From Candidatus Eiseniibacteriota bacterium (GTDB lineage: Bacteria; ARS69), in contig JBQTGV010000011.1 of the NCBI GenBank assembly GCA_052390515.1, positions 9,576 through 73,575 of the forward strand: a stretch of DNA of 64,000 nt. Reading direction: 5' to 3'. Position numbers and translations under genes: made by a program. Numbering within the stretch: the stretch's first letter is position 1; each line of letters begins with the position of its first letter. Shown here in pieces: positions 18,882 to 26,701 of the stretch. The notes beneath the pieces were generated by a model, which made no database searches, was not told where the DNA came from, and saw only the letters and a list, made by a program, of their open reading frames with translations.

Positions 18882-19355
18882 TCAGCCCTGCGAGCCCTGC
18901 TTCGCCATCTCCGCCATACGCCGGTCCAGCTCCTCCGGGCTGACGTCCTCGACGTGCGTGGCCAGCGTCCAGCGGTGGCCGAAGGGGTCGGTGAACGTGC
19001 CGGAGCGGTCGCCGTAGAACTGATCCTGCACCGGGCGCTCCTCCTTCGCTCCGGCGCGGACGGCGCGGGCGAAGGCCTCGTCCACCTTCTCCACGTAGAT
19101 CATCAAGTGCACGGGCGTCCCGCCGAGGGTCTTCGCGCTGCGAACGTTCATCGCGGGATGCTCGTCGGCCAGCATGATGCGCGCGTCCCGGATGAGCAGC
19201 TCGGCGTGGCCGACCTTCCCTCCCGGCGAAGGGATCCGCATGAGCTCCGTCGCTCCGAGGGCCTTTCCGTAGAACTCGATCGCGGCGTTGGCGTCGTGAA
19301 CGATGAGATACGGCGTGACGGTCTGGTACTCGTCGGGAATCGGCTTGACTGTCAT
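18882..19355 (-). CDS. VOC-family protein (glyoxalase / bleomycin-resistance / PhnB-like)
   Basis: 157 aa. 'VTPYLIVHDANAAIEFYGKALGATE...GKVGHAELLIRDARIMLADEHP' is typical of PhnB/VOC proteins. Confidence 0.85.
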   Translation of the reverse strand: MTVKPIPDEYQTVTPYLIVHDANAAIEFYGKALGATELMRIPSPGGKVGHAELLIRDARIMLADEHPAMNVRSAKTLGGTPVHLMIYVEKVDEAFARAVRAGAKEERPVQDQFYGDRSGTFTDPFGHRWTLATHVEDVSPEELDRRMAEMAKQGSQG

Positions 19356-19367
19356 GGATGACCTCCT

Positions 19368-19730
19368 TCAGCGCCCTGCGGCGGGCGCGTGTCCGTACTT
19401 CTGCGTGGCGAAACCGACGATCAGCCCGAGCACGGTGCCCGGCAGCATGATCTCCAGGTAGTAGTGGTTGCCGCTCGCGTCGGGCATCGCGGCGACGAGC
19501 CAGGATAGCAGGAGCCCGACCACGAGTCCCGCGCCGAGCCCCACGGCGAGCGACTTCACGCGGCGGGAGACCGCGCCGACGACGAGACCGGTGATCAGCC
19601 CCTTCGCCGTCGAGCCGATGACGATTCCGGTGAGCATCGGCTTGACTTCCGGTGCCGAGAGCAGCGCGGAGAATCCGTCGATGATCCCGAGAATGCCGCC
19701 GAGCACGAGGCCGAGGACGGGCTTGCTCAT
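19368..19730 (-). CDS. Small glycine-zipper membrane protein, paralog B (120 aa)
   Basis: The internal ATG overlaps the stop of paralog A (ATGA). Paralogous over its full length to the upstream gene: 'LGLVLGGILGIIDGFSALLSAPEV...GIVIGSTAKGLITGLVVG' versus 'LGILLGTALGALDGSTAFVSAPEL...GIVLGSTAKGLVVGLVTG'. Confidence 0.6.
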   Translation of the reverse strand: MSKPVLGLVLGGILGIIDGFSALLSAPEVKPMLTGIVIGSTAKGLITGLVVGAVSRRVKSLAVGLGAGLVVGLLLSWLVAAMPDASGNHYYLEIMLPGTVLGLIVGFATQKYGHAPAAGR

Positions 19731-20098
19731 CGGGACACCGCGGGGCGGCCCCAGCGAACGGCCGCGTAACCGGTCAAGAGGCCCGTCAGGCATCCCGGCA
19801 AAATGATCTTCCAGTAGTACGACGCGTTCTCGTAGTACGTCGCGTTCATGTGCGCGATCGGAGCCGCCAACGCGAGCGCCACGACGAGTCCGACGAGCGC
19901 GCCGGTCGGGAACGAGCCCGTCTTGCGCACGAGGAATCCGGTGACGAGTCCCACGACGAGCCCCTTCGCCGTCGAGCCCAGCACGATGCCGAGCAGCTCG
20001 GCGCGCAGCTCCGGCGCAGAGACGAACGCGGTGCTGCCGTCGAGCGCCCCGAGCGCCGTACCGAGCAGGATTCCGAGGAGCGGTCGATTCATCCCCAC
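19727..20098 (-). CDS. Small glycine-zipper membrane protein, paralog A (123 aa)
   Basis: A strong GGAGGTGGGGA Shine-Dalgarno sequence lies 7 nt upstream. Three predicted TM helices rich in GxxxG/AxxxG. Tandem paralog of the next gene. Confidence 0.6.
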   Translation of the reverse strand: MGMNRPLLGILLGTALGALDGSTAFVSAPELRAELLGIVLGSTAKGLVVGLVTGFLVRKTGSFPTGALVGLVVALALAAPIAHMNATYYENASYYWKIILPGCLTGLLTGYAAVRWGRPAVSR

Positions 20099-20137
20099 CT
20101 CCTTCCGAGCTTCCTTTCCACGACGCGCCGGATTCGT

Positions 20138-21052
20138 TTACGTCCCGGCGAACAAAAAGACGAGAGCGCGCACGACGACGTAGGCGAGCACGAGCAGGAT
20201 GGCCGTCCGGTACCTTCGCGCCCAGCGCCCGAGGCGGTCCAGCACTCCCTCGCGGTAGGCGCTGACCGGGTCCCCGTCGATGAAGCGGGTGACGTCCCTG
20301 GCCAGCTCGTCGACGCTCTCGTAGCGCCGTGCCGGATCGTCGGCTCCGGCACGCTCGCGGATGGCCCGCGCCGCCCTGGGGGCCGGGCCTGCCCCGTCCA
20401 GCAAGTGCCCGAGAATGGCGCCCAGGGCGAAGATGTCGCTCTTGGCGTCGGCCAGGTCGGAGCGCCCGCGGGCCTGCTCCGGCGCCATGTACCCGGGCGT
20501 GCCCAGCACGGTGCCGGGCTCCTCGCCGTCGCGCGCGCCCAGCACCCTCGCGACGCCCCAGTCCATGATCAGCACTTCCCCGAACCGCCCGACCATCACG
20601 TTCGCGGGCTTCAAGTCCCGGTGCACGACGCCGTGCGCGTGCGCGAACGCGACCGGCTCGCAGATGCGCAGGAAGAGCCGGAGCCGCTCCGGAAGGCTGT
20701 CGATCCCGCGCACGTGCTCGTCGAGCCGGCTCCCGCGAACGAGCTTCATCGAGTACCACGCGCGCCCGTCCCCGAGGCGCCCGAAGTCATGCACCGGAAC
20801 GATGCCGGGATGTTCGAGCCGCGCCAGGATTCTCGCCTCGTGCAGCAGTGGCGGATGTCCGGCGTTGCCGCGAGGATCGTTCAGCACCTTGATCGCCACG
20901 TCCCGGTCGAGCTGCCGGTCGGTGGCGCGGTAGACGGCGCCCATGCCCCCACGCCCGATCGGCTCGCGGATCTCGTAACGCGGATCCTCGAGCTCCGGCC
21001 AATCGAGGGCGGCGCGGAGGTGCCGGACCGTGTCGTCGGAGAGCCAGGTCAC
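20138..21052 (-). CDS. Tail-anchored Ser/Thr protein kinase (Hanks-type), no sensor domain
   Basis: The GTG start overlaps the sigma-factor stop (GTGA). It carries 'IGRGGMGAVYRA', 'VAIKVL', 'HRDLKPANV', 'DWG', 'GTPGYMAPE' and a C-terminal TM 'TAILLVLAYVVVRALVFLFAGT'. The long upstream extension of the ORF (to 21985) lies in the sigma gene's alternate frame and is rejected. Confidence 0.85.
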   Translation of the reverse strand: MTWLSDDTVRHLRAALDWPELEDPRYEIREPIGRGGMGAVYRATDRQLDRDVAIKVLNDPRGNAGHPPLLHEARILARLEHPGIVPVHDFGRLGDGRAWYSMKLVRGSRLDEHVRGIDSLPERLRLFLRICEPVAFAHAHGVVHRDLKPANVMVGRFGEVLIMDWGVARVLGARDGEEPGTVLGTPGYMAPEQARGRSDLADAKSDIFALGAILGHLLDGAGPAPRAARAIRERAGADDPARRYESVDELARDVTRFIDGDPVSAYREGVLDRLGRWARRYRTAILLVLAYVVVRALVFLFAGT

Positions 21053-21804
21053 GGGTTCTCGCTCCCGAGGAGGTCGCGCGCTTCCTCCCGGAACTCCGCG
21101 TCGCTCGCGCACAGCTCCCGCAGGCGGTCCAGGACGATGCCGCGGAAGCGCTTGCGCACGGCGTGCAGCCGGTTCGTCACTGTGGTCACGTCCAGCCCGT
21201 GCTCGCGTGCGAGGTCGCCGTACGATACGCGCTCCGAGGCACCCGGCCCCTCCAGATCGTAGCGGCGGAACATGGCGAAGGCCGACTGCCTGCCTTCGGC
21301 CTCGCAGCGCGCGCGGAGCTCGTCCACCGCCAGCGCGAGGAGGCTGCGGACCCACTCGCGGTGGAAGAGCGTCTCCGGATCGGCGAAGTCCGGGACGGCG
21401 TGCGCGGCCAGCTCGCCTTCCGCCGTCTCGAAGTCGAGCGGCACGTGGCGAACGTCGCCGCCGCGCTTCAAGCGCCGCAGGGCCTTGCGCTCGTTGGAGA
21501 CGTAGCCGTCGAGACAGGTGCGCAGCCAGGTGCGGAACTTCGCCTTGCCCGGGTCGTACCGGGCGAGGATCTCGCGATCGATGGCCGAGGCGAAGAAGCC
21601 CTGCGTCAGGTCCTTCGCCTCCTCGTTGTCGGCCTTCCAGCAGAGGCGAAGGTACTTGTAGACCGGCTTCCAGTAGCTCGCCACCAGCACGTCGAGCGCG
21701 CGCCGGCGCTCGTCCGAATCGGGGCTGCCGGTGGCGCGGACGACGGAAAGCCGGGTCTCCGGAAAGCGGTCCCGGGCGCCGCCCATGTCGGTGTCGCGCT
21801 CCAT
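21049..21804 (-). CDS. ECF-type RNA polymerase sigma-70 factor, translationally coupled to the Ser/Thr kinase
   Basis: Sigma2 region 'DLTQGFFASAI...FRTWLRTCL' and sigma4 HTH 'SYGDLAREHGLDVTTVTNRLHAVRKRF'. No anti-sigma gene is adjacent. The STK gene follows immediately. Confidence 0.85.
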   Translation of the reverse strand: MERDTDMGGARDRFPETRLSVVRATGSPDSDERRRALDVLVASYWKPVYKYLRLCWKADNEEAKDLTQGFFASAIDREILARYDPGKAKFRTWLRTCLDGYVSNERKALRRLKRGGDVRHVPLDFETAEGELAAHAVPDFADPETLFHREWVRSLLALAVDELRARCEAEGRQSAFAMFRRYDLEGPGASERVSYGDLAREHGLDVTTVTNRLHAVRKRFRGIVLDRLRELCASDAEFREEARDLLGSENP

Positions 21805-21893
21805 GAGTCCTCAGGGTAGCACGCTCCGGGGGCGCGTCACGGCATCCGGTGATATCCTGCCGCGGGCGATTGGCCGGAGGGACTCCCGTGAGC

Positions 21894-22760
21894 ATGATCC
21901 AGACCGCGCCTCGCCTGGCCGCGCTCTTCACCGATCCGCGCAGCCGCCCGATCGGCGTCTTCGATTCCGGCGTCGGCGGGCTCACCGTGCTGTCCGCGCT
22001 CCGTGACGCGCTTCCCGGAGAGTCGCTGATCTACCTCGGCGACACGGCGCGGCTGCCCTACGGCACGAAGAGCTTCTCCACGGTCACGCGCTACGCGATC
22101 CAGGCCGCGCGCGTGCTCGTGGATCAGGGGATCAAGCTGCTGGTGGTGGCGTGCAACACCGCGTCGGCGCTGGCGCTCGACGATCTGGCCATCGAGTTCT
22201 ACGACGTTCCGGTGATCGGCGTGCTGCGTCCCGGGGCGGACGCCGCCTGTCTCGGCTCGCCGACCGGGCGAATCGCGGTCATCGCCACGGAGAGCACGAC
22301 GTCCCACGGCGCCTACGAGCGCGAGATCCGCCGCATCCGCCCCGAGGCGCGCGTCGTGTCCCGCGCGTGCTCGCTCTTCGTGGCACTGGTGGAGGAGGGC
22401 TGGACCAAGGGGCCGATCGTGAAGGCCGTCGCGCACGAGTACCTGGATCCGATCTTTGCCGGGGTGGGCGGCGGGGTGGGCGCGCCCGACTGTCTCGTGC
22501 TGGGCTGCACGCACTTCCCGGTGCTCGCCGAGCTGCTGCAGGAAGTGACCGGCCCGGACGTCATCATCGTGGACTCCGCGCGGACCACCGCGGAGGCGGT
22601 GCGCGAGGAGCTGCGCAAGCGCAACCTCGGGCGCACCGACGAGGCCCCGGCCACGATCCGGCTGATGGCGACCGATTCGCCGGCGCGCTTCGCGCGCGTC
22701 GCCGCCAACCTCATCCCGCGGGAGATCCTCCCGGACACGATCGAGCTCGTCGATCTCTGA
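21894..22760 (+). CDS. murI: Glutamate racemase
   Basis: 'PIGVFDSGVGGLTV', 'LVVACNTAS', 'LGCTHFP' catalytic motifs. A GGAGGG Shine-Dalgarno sequence lies upstream of the ATG at 21894. The ORF start at 21849 is possible but less supported. Confidence 0.9.
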   Translation: MIQTAPRLAALFTDPRSRPIGVFDSGVGGLTVLSALRDALPGESLIYLGDTARLPYGTKSFSTVTRYAIQAARVLVDQGIKLLVVACNTASALALDDLAIEFYDVPVIGVLRPGADAACLGSPTGRIAVIATESTTSHGAYEREIRRIRPEARVVSRACSLFVALVEEGWTKGPIVKAVAHEYLDPIFAGVGGGVGAPDCLVLGCTHFPVLAELLQEVTGPDVIIVDSARTTAEAVREELRKRNLGRTDEAPATIRLMATDSPARFARVAANLIPREILPDTIELVDL

Positions 22761-23335
22761 TGAACCACCTCGCGCACGCGCTGATCGCGGTCCGCTCGCG
22801 CGGGTCGATTCCCGGCCATCTGCTCGGCGACTTCGTGAAGGGAGCACCGGAAGGCCGCTACCGGGGCGAGCTGCTCGAGGGGGTCCGCATCCACCGCCGG
22901 GTCGACGCGTTCACCGACGCCCATCCGCGCATCGCCCTGAGCCTGCGGCGCTTCGACCCGCCGTACCGCCGCTTCGCGGGGATCCTCGTGGACCTCTTCT
23001 TCGACCACTTGCTGGCACGCTCGTGGGAGGAGTGGTCGGGCGAGCCGCTGCGGGCCTTCGCCGACCGCGTGTACGCGGAGCTCGGCGCCGCCCGCGGGGA
23101 GCTGCCCGCGGAGATGCAGCACTTCGCCGACTACATGACGGCGAGCGACCTGCTCGTGTCCTACCGGGAGCCCGCGGGACTGGCGCGGGCGCTCGTCGGA
23201 ATGTCCCGGCGAATGCACCGCCCGAACCCGTTGGCCACCGCCGCCGGGGCGATGGAGCGCAGCCGCGGTGGCCTGGAGACCGACTTTCGCGTCTTCTTCC
23301 CGGAGCTGCTCCGGGAGTTCGCGCCTGATGCGTGA
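22760..23335 (+). CDS. acpH: Acyl carrier protein phosphodiesterase (AcpH-family)
   Basis: 'MNHLAHALIAVRS...HLLGDFVKG...RIHRRVDAFTDAHP' is the N-terminal HD-like motif characteristic of ACP phosphodiesterase. The ATG overlaps the murI stop (TGATG). The long upstream ORF extension is rejected. Confidence 0.8.
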   Translation: MNHLAHALIAVRSRGSIPGHLLGDFVKGAPEGRYRGELLEGVRIHRRVDAFTDAHPRIALSLRRFDPPYRRFAGILVDLFFDHLLARSWEEWSGEPLRAFADRVYAELGAARGELPAEMQHFADYMTASDLLVSYREPAGLARALVGMSRRMHRPNPLATAAGAMERSRGGLETDFRVFFPELLREFAPDA

Positions 23336-23379
23336 GCGGACCACTTGCGTTTCCGGTTTCGCACGGCTATGAGGATGGC

Positions 23380-24036
23380 ATGGCCACCGACTCACGTCTG
23401 ATCGAGTACTACGCGCGCCGGGCGGGCGAGTACGACCGCATCTACGAGAGGCCCGAGCGGCAGGCGGACCTTGCCGAGCTGACTGAGCTGGTCTGCGGCT
23501 GGGCTCGGGGGGAGCGGATCCTGGAGCTGGCCTGCGGGACCGGCTGGTGGACGGAGAGGCTGGCCGGAGTCGCCGAGTTCGTGGTGGCCACGGATGCTTC
23601 GCCCGAGGTCCTGGCGGTGGCGGCCGCGAGAACGTACGCGCCCGCCCCGGTCGAGCTGCGCCGCGGGGACGCTCTTCGCCCCGGGTCCATCGAGGGGAGC
23701 TTCTCCGCGGTCGTGGCGGGGTTCTTCCTCTCGCACCTGCCGAGGGCGGACGTGGCGGCGTACCTCGAAGCGCTCGCGCGGCGCGTGGGGCCCGCGGGCA
23801 GCGTGATCCTCTTCGACAACCGCTTCGCCGAGGGGAGCAGCACGCCGCTGTCACGTCGGGACGAAGCGGGGGACACGTGGCAGATGCGCCGGCTCGAGGA
23901 CGGCAGCGAGTTCGAGGTGCGCAAGAACTTCTTCGACGCGGACGAGTTGCGCGGCCTCGTGCCGGGCGATGCCGTGGCGGTCGAGATCCGGGAGCTGGGC
24001 CACTACTGGGCCTTGCGCTGGCGTGTCGGGCGATGA
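23380..24036 (+). CDS. Class I SAM-dependent methyltransferase
   Basis: 'RILELACGTGWWTERLA' is motif I (GxGxG) and 'VILFDN' is a post-I-like motif. Start chosen at Met 17 'MATDSRLIEYY'. Confidence 0.75.
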   Translation: MATDSRLIEYYARRAGEYDRIYERPERQADLAELTELVCGWARGERILELACGTGWWTERLAGVAEFVVATDASPEVLAVAAARTYAPAPVELRRGDALRPGSIEGSFSAVVAGFFLSHLPRADVAAYLEALARRVGPAGSVILFDNRFAEGSSTPLSRRDEAGDTWQMRRLEDGSEFEVRKNFFDADELRGLVPGDAVAVEIRELGHYWALRWRVGR

Positions 24037-24074
24037 GGGCGATGCTATGAGGGCCGAGCGATGAGGGCCGAGCG

Positions 24075-24575
24075 ATGAAGATCCGCATCCTCACGACCGG
24101 CGGCACCATCGACAAGGACTACTTCGACGAGCAGAGCGCCTACGAGGTCGGGGAATCGCACGTGCCGGACATCCTTCGCGACTCCAACGTGACGTTCGAC
24201 TACGACGTGGTCAACCTGATGCGCAAGGACAGCCTGCACATGACCGACGCCGACCGCCGGATCATCCGCGAGGCCATTGCCGCCAGCGACGTCCCTCGCA
24301 TCGTGGTGACCCACGGCACCGACACCATGGTGGAGACCGCGAAGGCGCTGATCGGCGTCCCGGGGCGGGTCGTCGTGCTGACGGGATCGCTGAATCCGGC
24401 GCGCTTCAAGACGTCCGACGCGGTGTTCAACGTCGCGGCGGCGGTGACGGCCGCGCAGACGCTGGCGGAAGGCGTCTACATCGCGATGAACGGGCGTATC
24501 TTCGAACCGCACGAGGTGCGCAAGAACCGGGAGCGAAACCGATTCGAGAAGATCGAGGGCGAGGGTTCCGCGTGA
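24075..24575 (+). CDS. Asparaginase N-terminal-domain-only protein (166 aa)
   Basis: 'ILTTGGTIDK' matches the asparaginase/glutaminase 'TGGTIAG' threonine motif, with 'VVTHGTDTM' as the second motif. The protein ends after the N-domain. Confidence 0.6.
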   Translation: MKIRILTTGGTIDKDYFDEQSAYEVGESHVPDILRDSNVTFDYDVVNLMRKDSLHMTDADRRIIREAIAASDVPRIVVTHGTDTMVETAKALIGVPGRVVVLTGSLNPARFKTSDAVFNVAAAVTAAQTLAEGVYIAMNGRIFEPHEVRKNRERNRFEKIEGEGSA

Positions 24576-24609
24576 AGACCTTCGAGGAGACCGCCGGCGA
24601 GGGGCGCGC

Positions 24610-25080
24610 GTGAAGAACTTCGAGAGAGCGCTGCGCTACGAGAGCTGGGCGAATCGCCGGGTGCTGGCCTGCCTGCGCGAGCACCCCGGCGAAGCGCGCG
24701 GCTGGCGCATCTTCGCGCACGTCCTGGCTGCGCAGGAGCTGTGGCTGGCGCGGCTTCGGGGAGATGACTCCGACGGGATGGAGGTCTGGCCGGAGTGGGG
24801 GGCGGACCGGTGCGAGGAGGCGCTGGACCGCGCGGAGGCGGGCCTCGCGGAGTTCGAGCGTGGCATCGGTCCGGAGCTCCTCGAGCAGCGGGTGCTCTAC
24901 CGGAACACCCGGGGTACGCCGTACACGACGCGCGTGCACGACATACTCCGGCACCTGAACCGGCACGGCGTCTATCACCGCGGGCAGGTCGCGCTGGCGG
25001 TCCGACTCGGCGGAGGGTCGCCCGTGAACACGGACTACATCGCGTGGGTCCGGGAGCTCGAAGGGCAGCCGCTGCGATGA
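24610..25080 (+). CDS. DinB-family protein
   Basis: 'YESWANRRVLACL', 'FAHVLAAQELWLARL', 'HLNRHGVYHRGQVALAVR' are the DinB superfamily His-triad pattern. Confidence 0.8.
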   Translation: MKNFERALRYESWANRRVLACLREHPGEARGWRIFAHVLAAQELWLARLRGDDSDGMEVWPEWGADRCEEALDRAEAGLAEFERGIGPELLEQRVLYRNTRGTPYTTRVHDILRHLNRHGVYHRGQVALAVRLGGGSPVNTDYIAWVRELEGQPLR

Positions 25081-25448
25081 GCCGCTTCTCCCGCGACGAC
25101 ATGATCCGCGAGTTCGGCGAGCCGGGCGTTCAGAATCCGCGCGTGGTGGACCTCATCCGCCCGGACCGCGGGCGTGTCCACCTGGTGATGGTCGAGCATC
25201 GCCCCTGGACGTCGGAGGAGCAGCTCCGCCAGCTCGAGGAGAAGATCAACCGCTACCTCGGCTACGTGCTGGACGGGTACTTCCTCGACCACTACTCCGA
25301 GTATCGCGGCGTGCCGGTCGTCCTGGAGCTCGAGTGCGTCCAGACTCCCCACGGCGAAGTCGTCGAGTTCCTCGAAGAGGCGACCCGGGCGGTCGAGGAA
25401 GTCGGCCTCCGCTTCCAGGTCCGCGTCCTGGACGCGCCCGCGGCCTGA
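25077..25448 (+). CDS. Hypothetical protein (123 aa), translationally coupled to the upstream DinB gene
   Basis: An ATGA overlap. High GC3. An acidic protein ('RPWTSEEQLRQLEEKINRYLGYVLDGYFLDHY'). Confidence 0.5.
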   Translation: MSRFSRDDMIREFGEPGVQNPRVVDLIRPDRGRVHLVMVEHRPWTSEEQLRQLEEKINRYLGYVLDGYFLDHYSEYRGVPVVLELECVQTPHGEVVEFLEEATRAVEEVGLRFQVRVLDAPAA

Positions 25449-25571
25449 CGGCGGCGCGCCGCCCCGCTCGAACGGCCACGCCGGCCCGACCACGGTCTCC
25501 GACCCGCCCCGGCCCTCGAACCTGATTTTCGATTCGCCTACAGGACAGTTCATTCACAGTCGATTCACCTG

Positions 25572-25600
25572 TTGACATGGCCGATTCGTAGTTCTATCGT
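25572..25600 (+). promoter_or_regulatory. Sigma-70-like promoter upstream of the Lrp-family regulator (TTGACA, 17 nt spacer, TATCGT)
   Basis: An exact -35 hexamer and a 17-nt spacer. The -10 hexamer matches TATAAT at 4 of 6 positions. It lies in a locally AT-richer stretch 25 nt upstream of the ATG at 25625. Flanked by three GATTCG/GATTCA direct repeats. Confidence 0.4.
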
Positions 25601-25624
25601 CACTCAATCCACGGGGCTCGTTGA

Positions 25625-26158
25625 ATGATCGACGCAACCGACCGCGAGATCCTCTCGCTCCTGCGCACGAACTCCTGCACGCCGAAGGCGGAGATCGCCC
25701 GGCGGGTCGGGCTCACCCCCACGGCGGTCTTCGAGCGGATCCGCAAGCTGGAGGACAAGGGCGTCATCGCCGGCTACCACGCGCACCTGGATCCCAAGGC
25801 GTTCGGCCGGAGCCTCCTCGCGTTCGTGTTCGTGACCGACGAGCGTCCCGCGCAGGGCCCCGAGCTCGGCCGTACGCTCGCCGCGATTCCCGGAGTCGAG
25901 GAGACGCACGTGATCGCCGGCGAGGACTGCTTCCTGCTGAAGGTGCGCGCCGCGGATACCGAGGCCCTGTACCGGCTGCTCCGCGAGCGCATCGGCTCCA
26001 TCCCCTCGGTCCGCGGCATCCGCACCACGATCGTGCTCGAGACCGTGAGCGAGGGCGGCGGTGTTTCCCTGAACGAGACGGACGAGGAGGAGGTGGGCGC
26101 AGTGCCGCGTCCCACACTGCTGAGCCTCGTCGAGAAGAGGTGCCGGGAGGCGGACTGA
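25625..26158 (+). CDS. Lrp/AsnC-family transcriptional regulator
   Basis: N-terminal HTH 'REILSLLRTNSCTPKAEIARRVGLTPTAVFERIRKLE'. C-terminal RAM domain 'FVFVTDE...THVIAGEDCFLLKV'. Confidence 0.9.
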   Translation: MIDATDREILSLLRTNSCTPKAEIARRVGLTPTAVFERIRKLEDKGVIAGYHAHLDPKAFGRSLLAFVFVTDERPAQGPELGRTLAAIPGVEETHVIAGEDCFLLKVRAADTEALYRLLRERIGSIPSVRGIRTTIVLETVSEGGGVSLNETDEEEVGAVPRPTLLSLVEKRCREAD

Positions 26159-26170
26159 GGCGAGGACGCG

Positions 26171-26701
26171 ATGAGCGCGAATCCCGTTCCGTGGCTCGAG
26201 AGGACGTTCGAGGTCGATCCGTCGGCCGACCGGGAGGGCCTGCTGCGGCGGCTCCGCGGCGCGCCGGATCGGCTGATGACGCTCGTCGCCGGGCTCTCCC
26301 GTGAGCAGCTCATCCACCGCCCCGGCGAGGCCTGGTCGATCCAGGAACACGCCGGGCACCTGCTCGACCTCGAGGACCTTCATCTCGGCAGGCTCCGCGA
26401 CCTCGCCCGAGGAGCGAAGGAGCTTCGCCCGGCGGATCTGTCGAACCGCCGCACCTACGAAGCGCACCACAACGACGACACGATCGGCTCGATCCTCGCC
26501 GACTTCCGCTTCACGCGCGAGGTTCTCGCCGAGCGGTTCGAGGAGGCGGATCCGGTGTTCCGTGCCGTCCACCCCCGGCTCGGCACGTCGATGGGCGCGG
26601 TGGATCTGCTGCGTTTCGTGGTCGAACACGACGACCATCACCTGCAGGTCGCCGAGCGGTTGGCGGAACGCTGGACCGCGGGAGACCCCGATGGCGACTG
26701 A
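26171..26701 (+). CDS. DinB-family protein (third paralog in the window)
   Basis: 'EHAGHLLDLEDLHLGRL', 'VVEHDDHHLQVAERL' are DinB-type His motifs. Confidence 0.8.
   Translation: MSANPVPWLERTFEVDPSADREGLLRRLRGAPDRLMTLVAGLSREQLIHRPGEAWSIQEHAGHLLDLEDLHLGRLRDLARGAKELRPADLSNRRTYEAHHNDDTIGSILADFRFTREVLAERFEEADPVFRAVHPRLGTSMGAVDLLRFVVEHDDHHLQVAERLAERWTAGDPDGD

Noticed and set aside
19368-20098. The two small membrane paralogs as the bacteriocin precursors of the C39 exporter.
   Set aside because: There are no double-glycine leaders: their N-termini are hydrophobic TM segments. A 120-aa polytopic protein is not a plausible exported cargo.
21053-21985. N-terminal extension of the Ser/Thr kinase ORF back to 21985.
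   Set aside because: It overlaps the ECF sigma gene in another frame and has low-complexity Arg/Pro content. The kinase Gly-loop begins right after the GTG at 21052, which overlaps the sigma stop.
22151-22759. Upstream extensions of acpH (22151), the hypothetical gene (24795), AHSA1-like (26301), ccoG (44938), sodN (52719), the rSAM gene (38546) and the HAMP protein (4256).
   Set aside because: Each extension runs through the preceding gene in an alternate frame. The internal Met coincides with a start/stop overlap or Shine-Dalgarno sequence and with the onset of the conserved domain.
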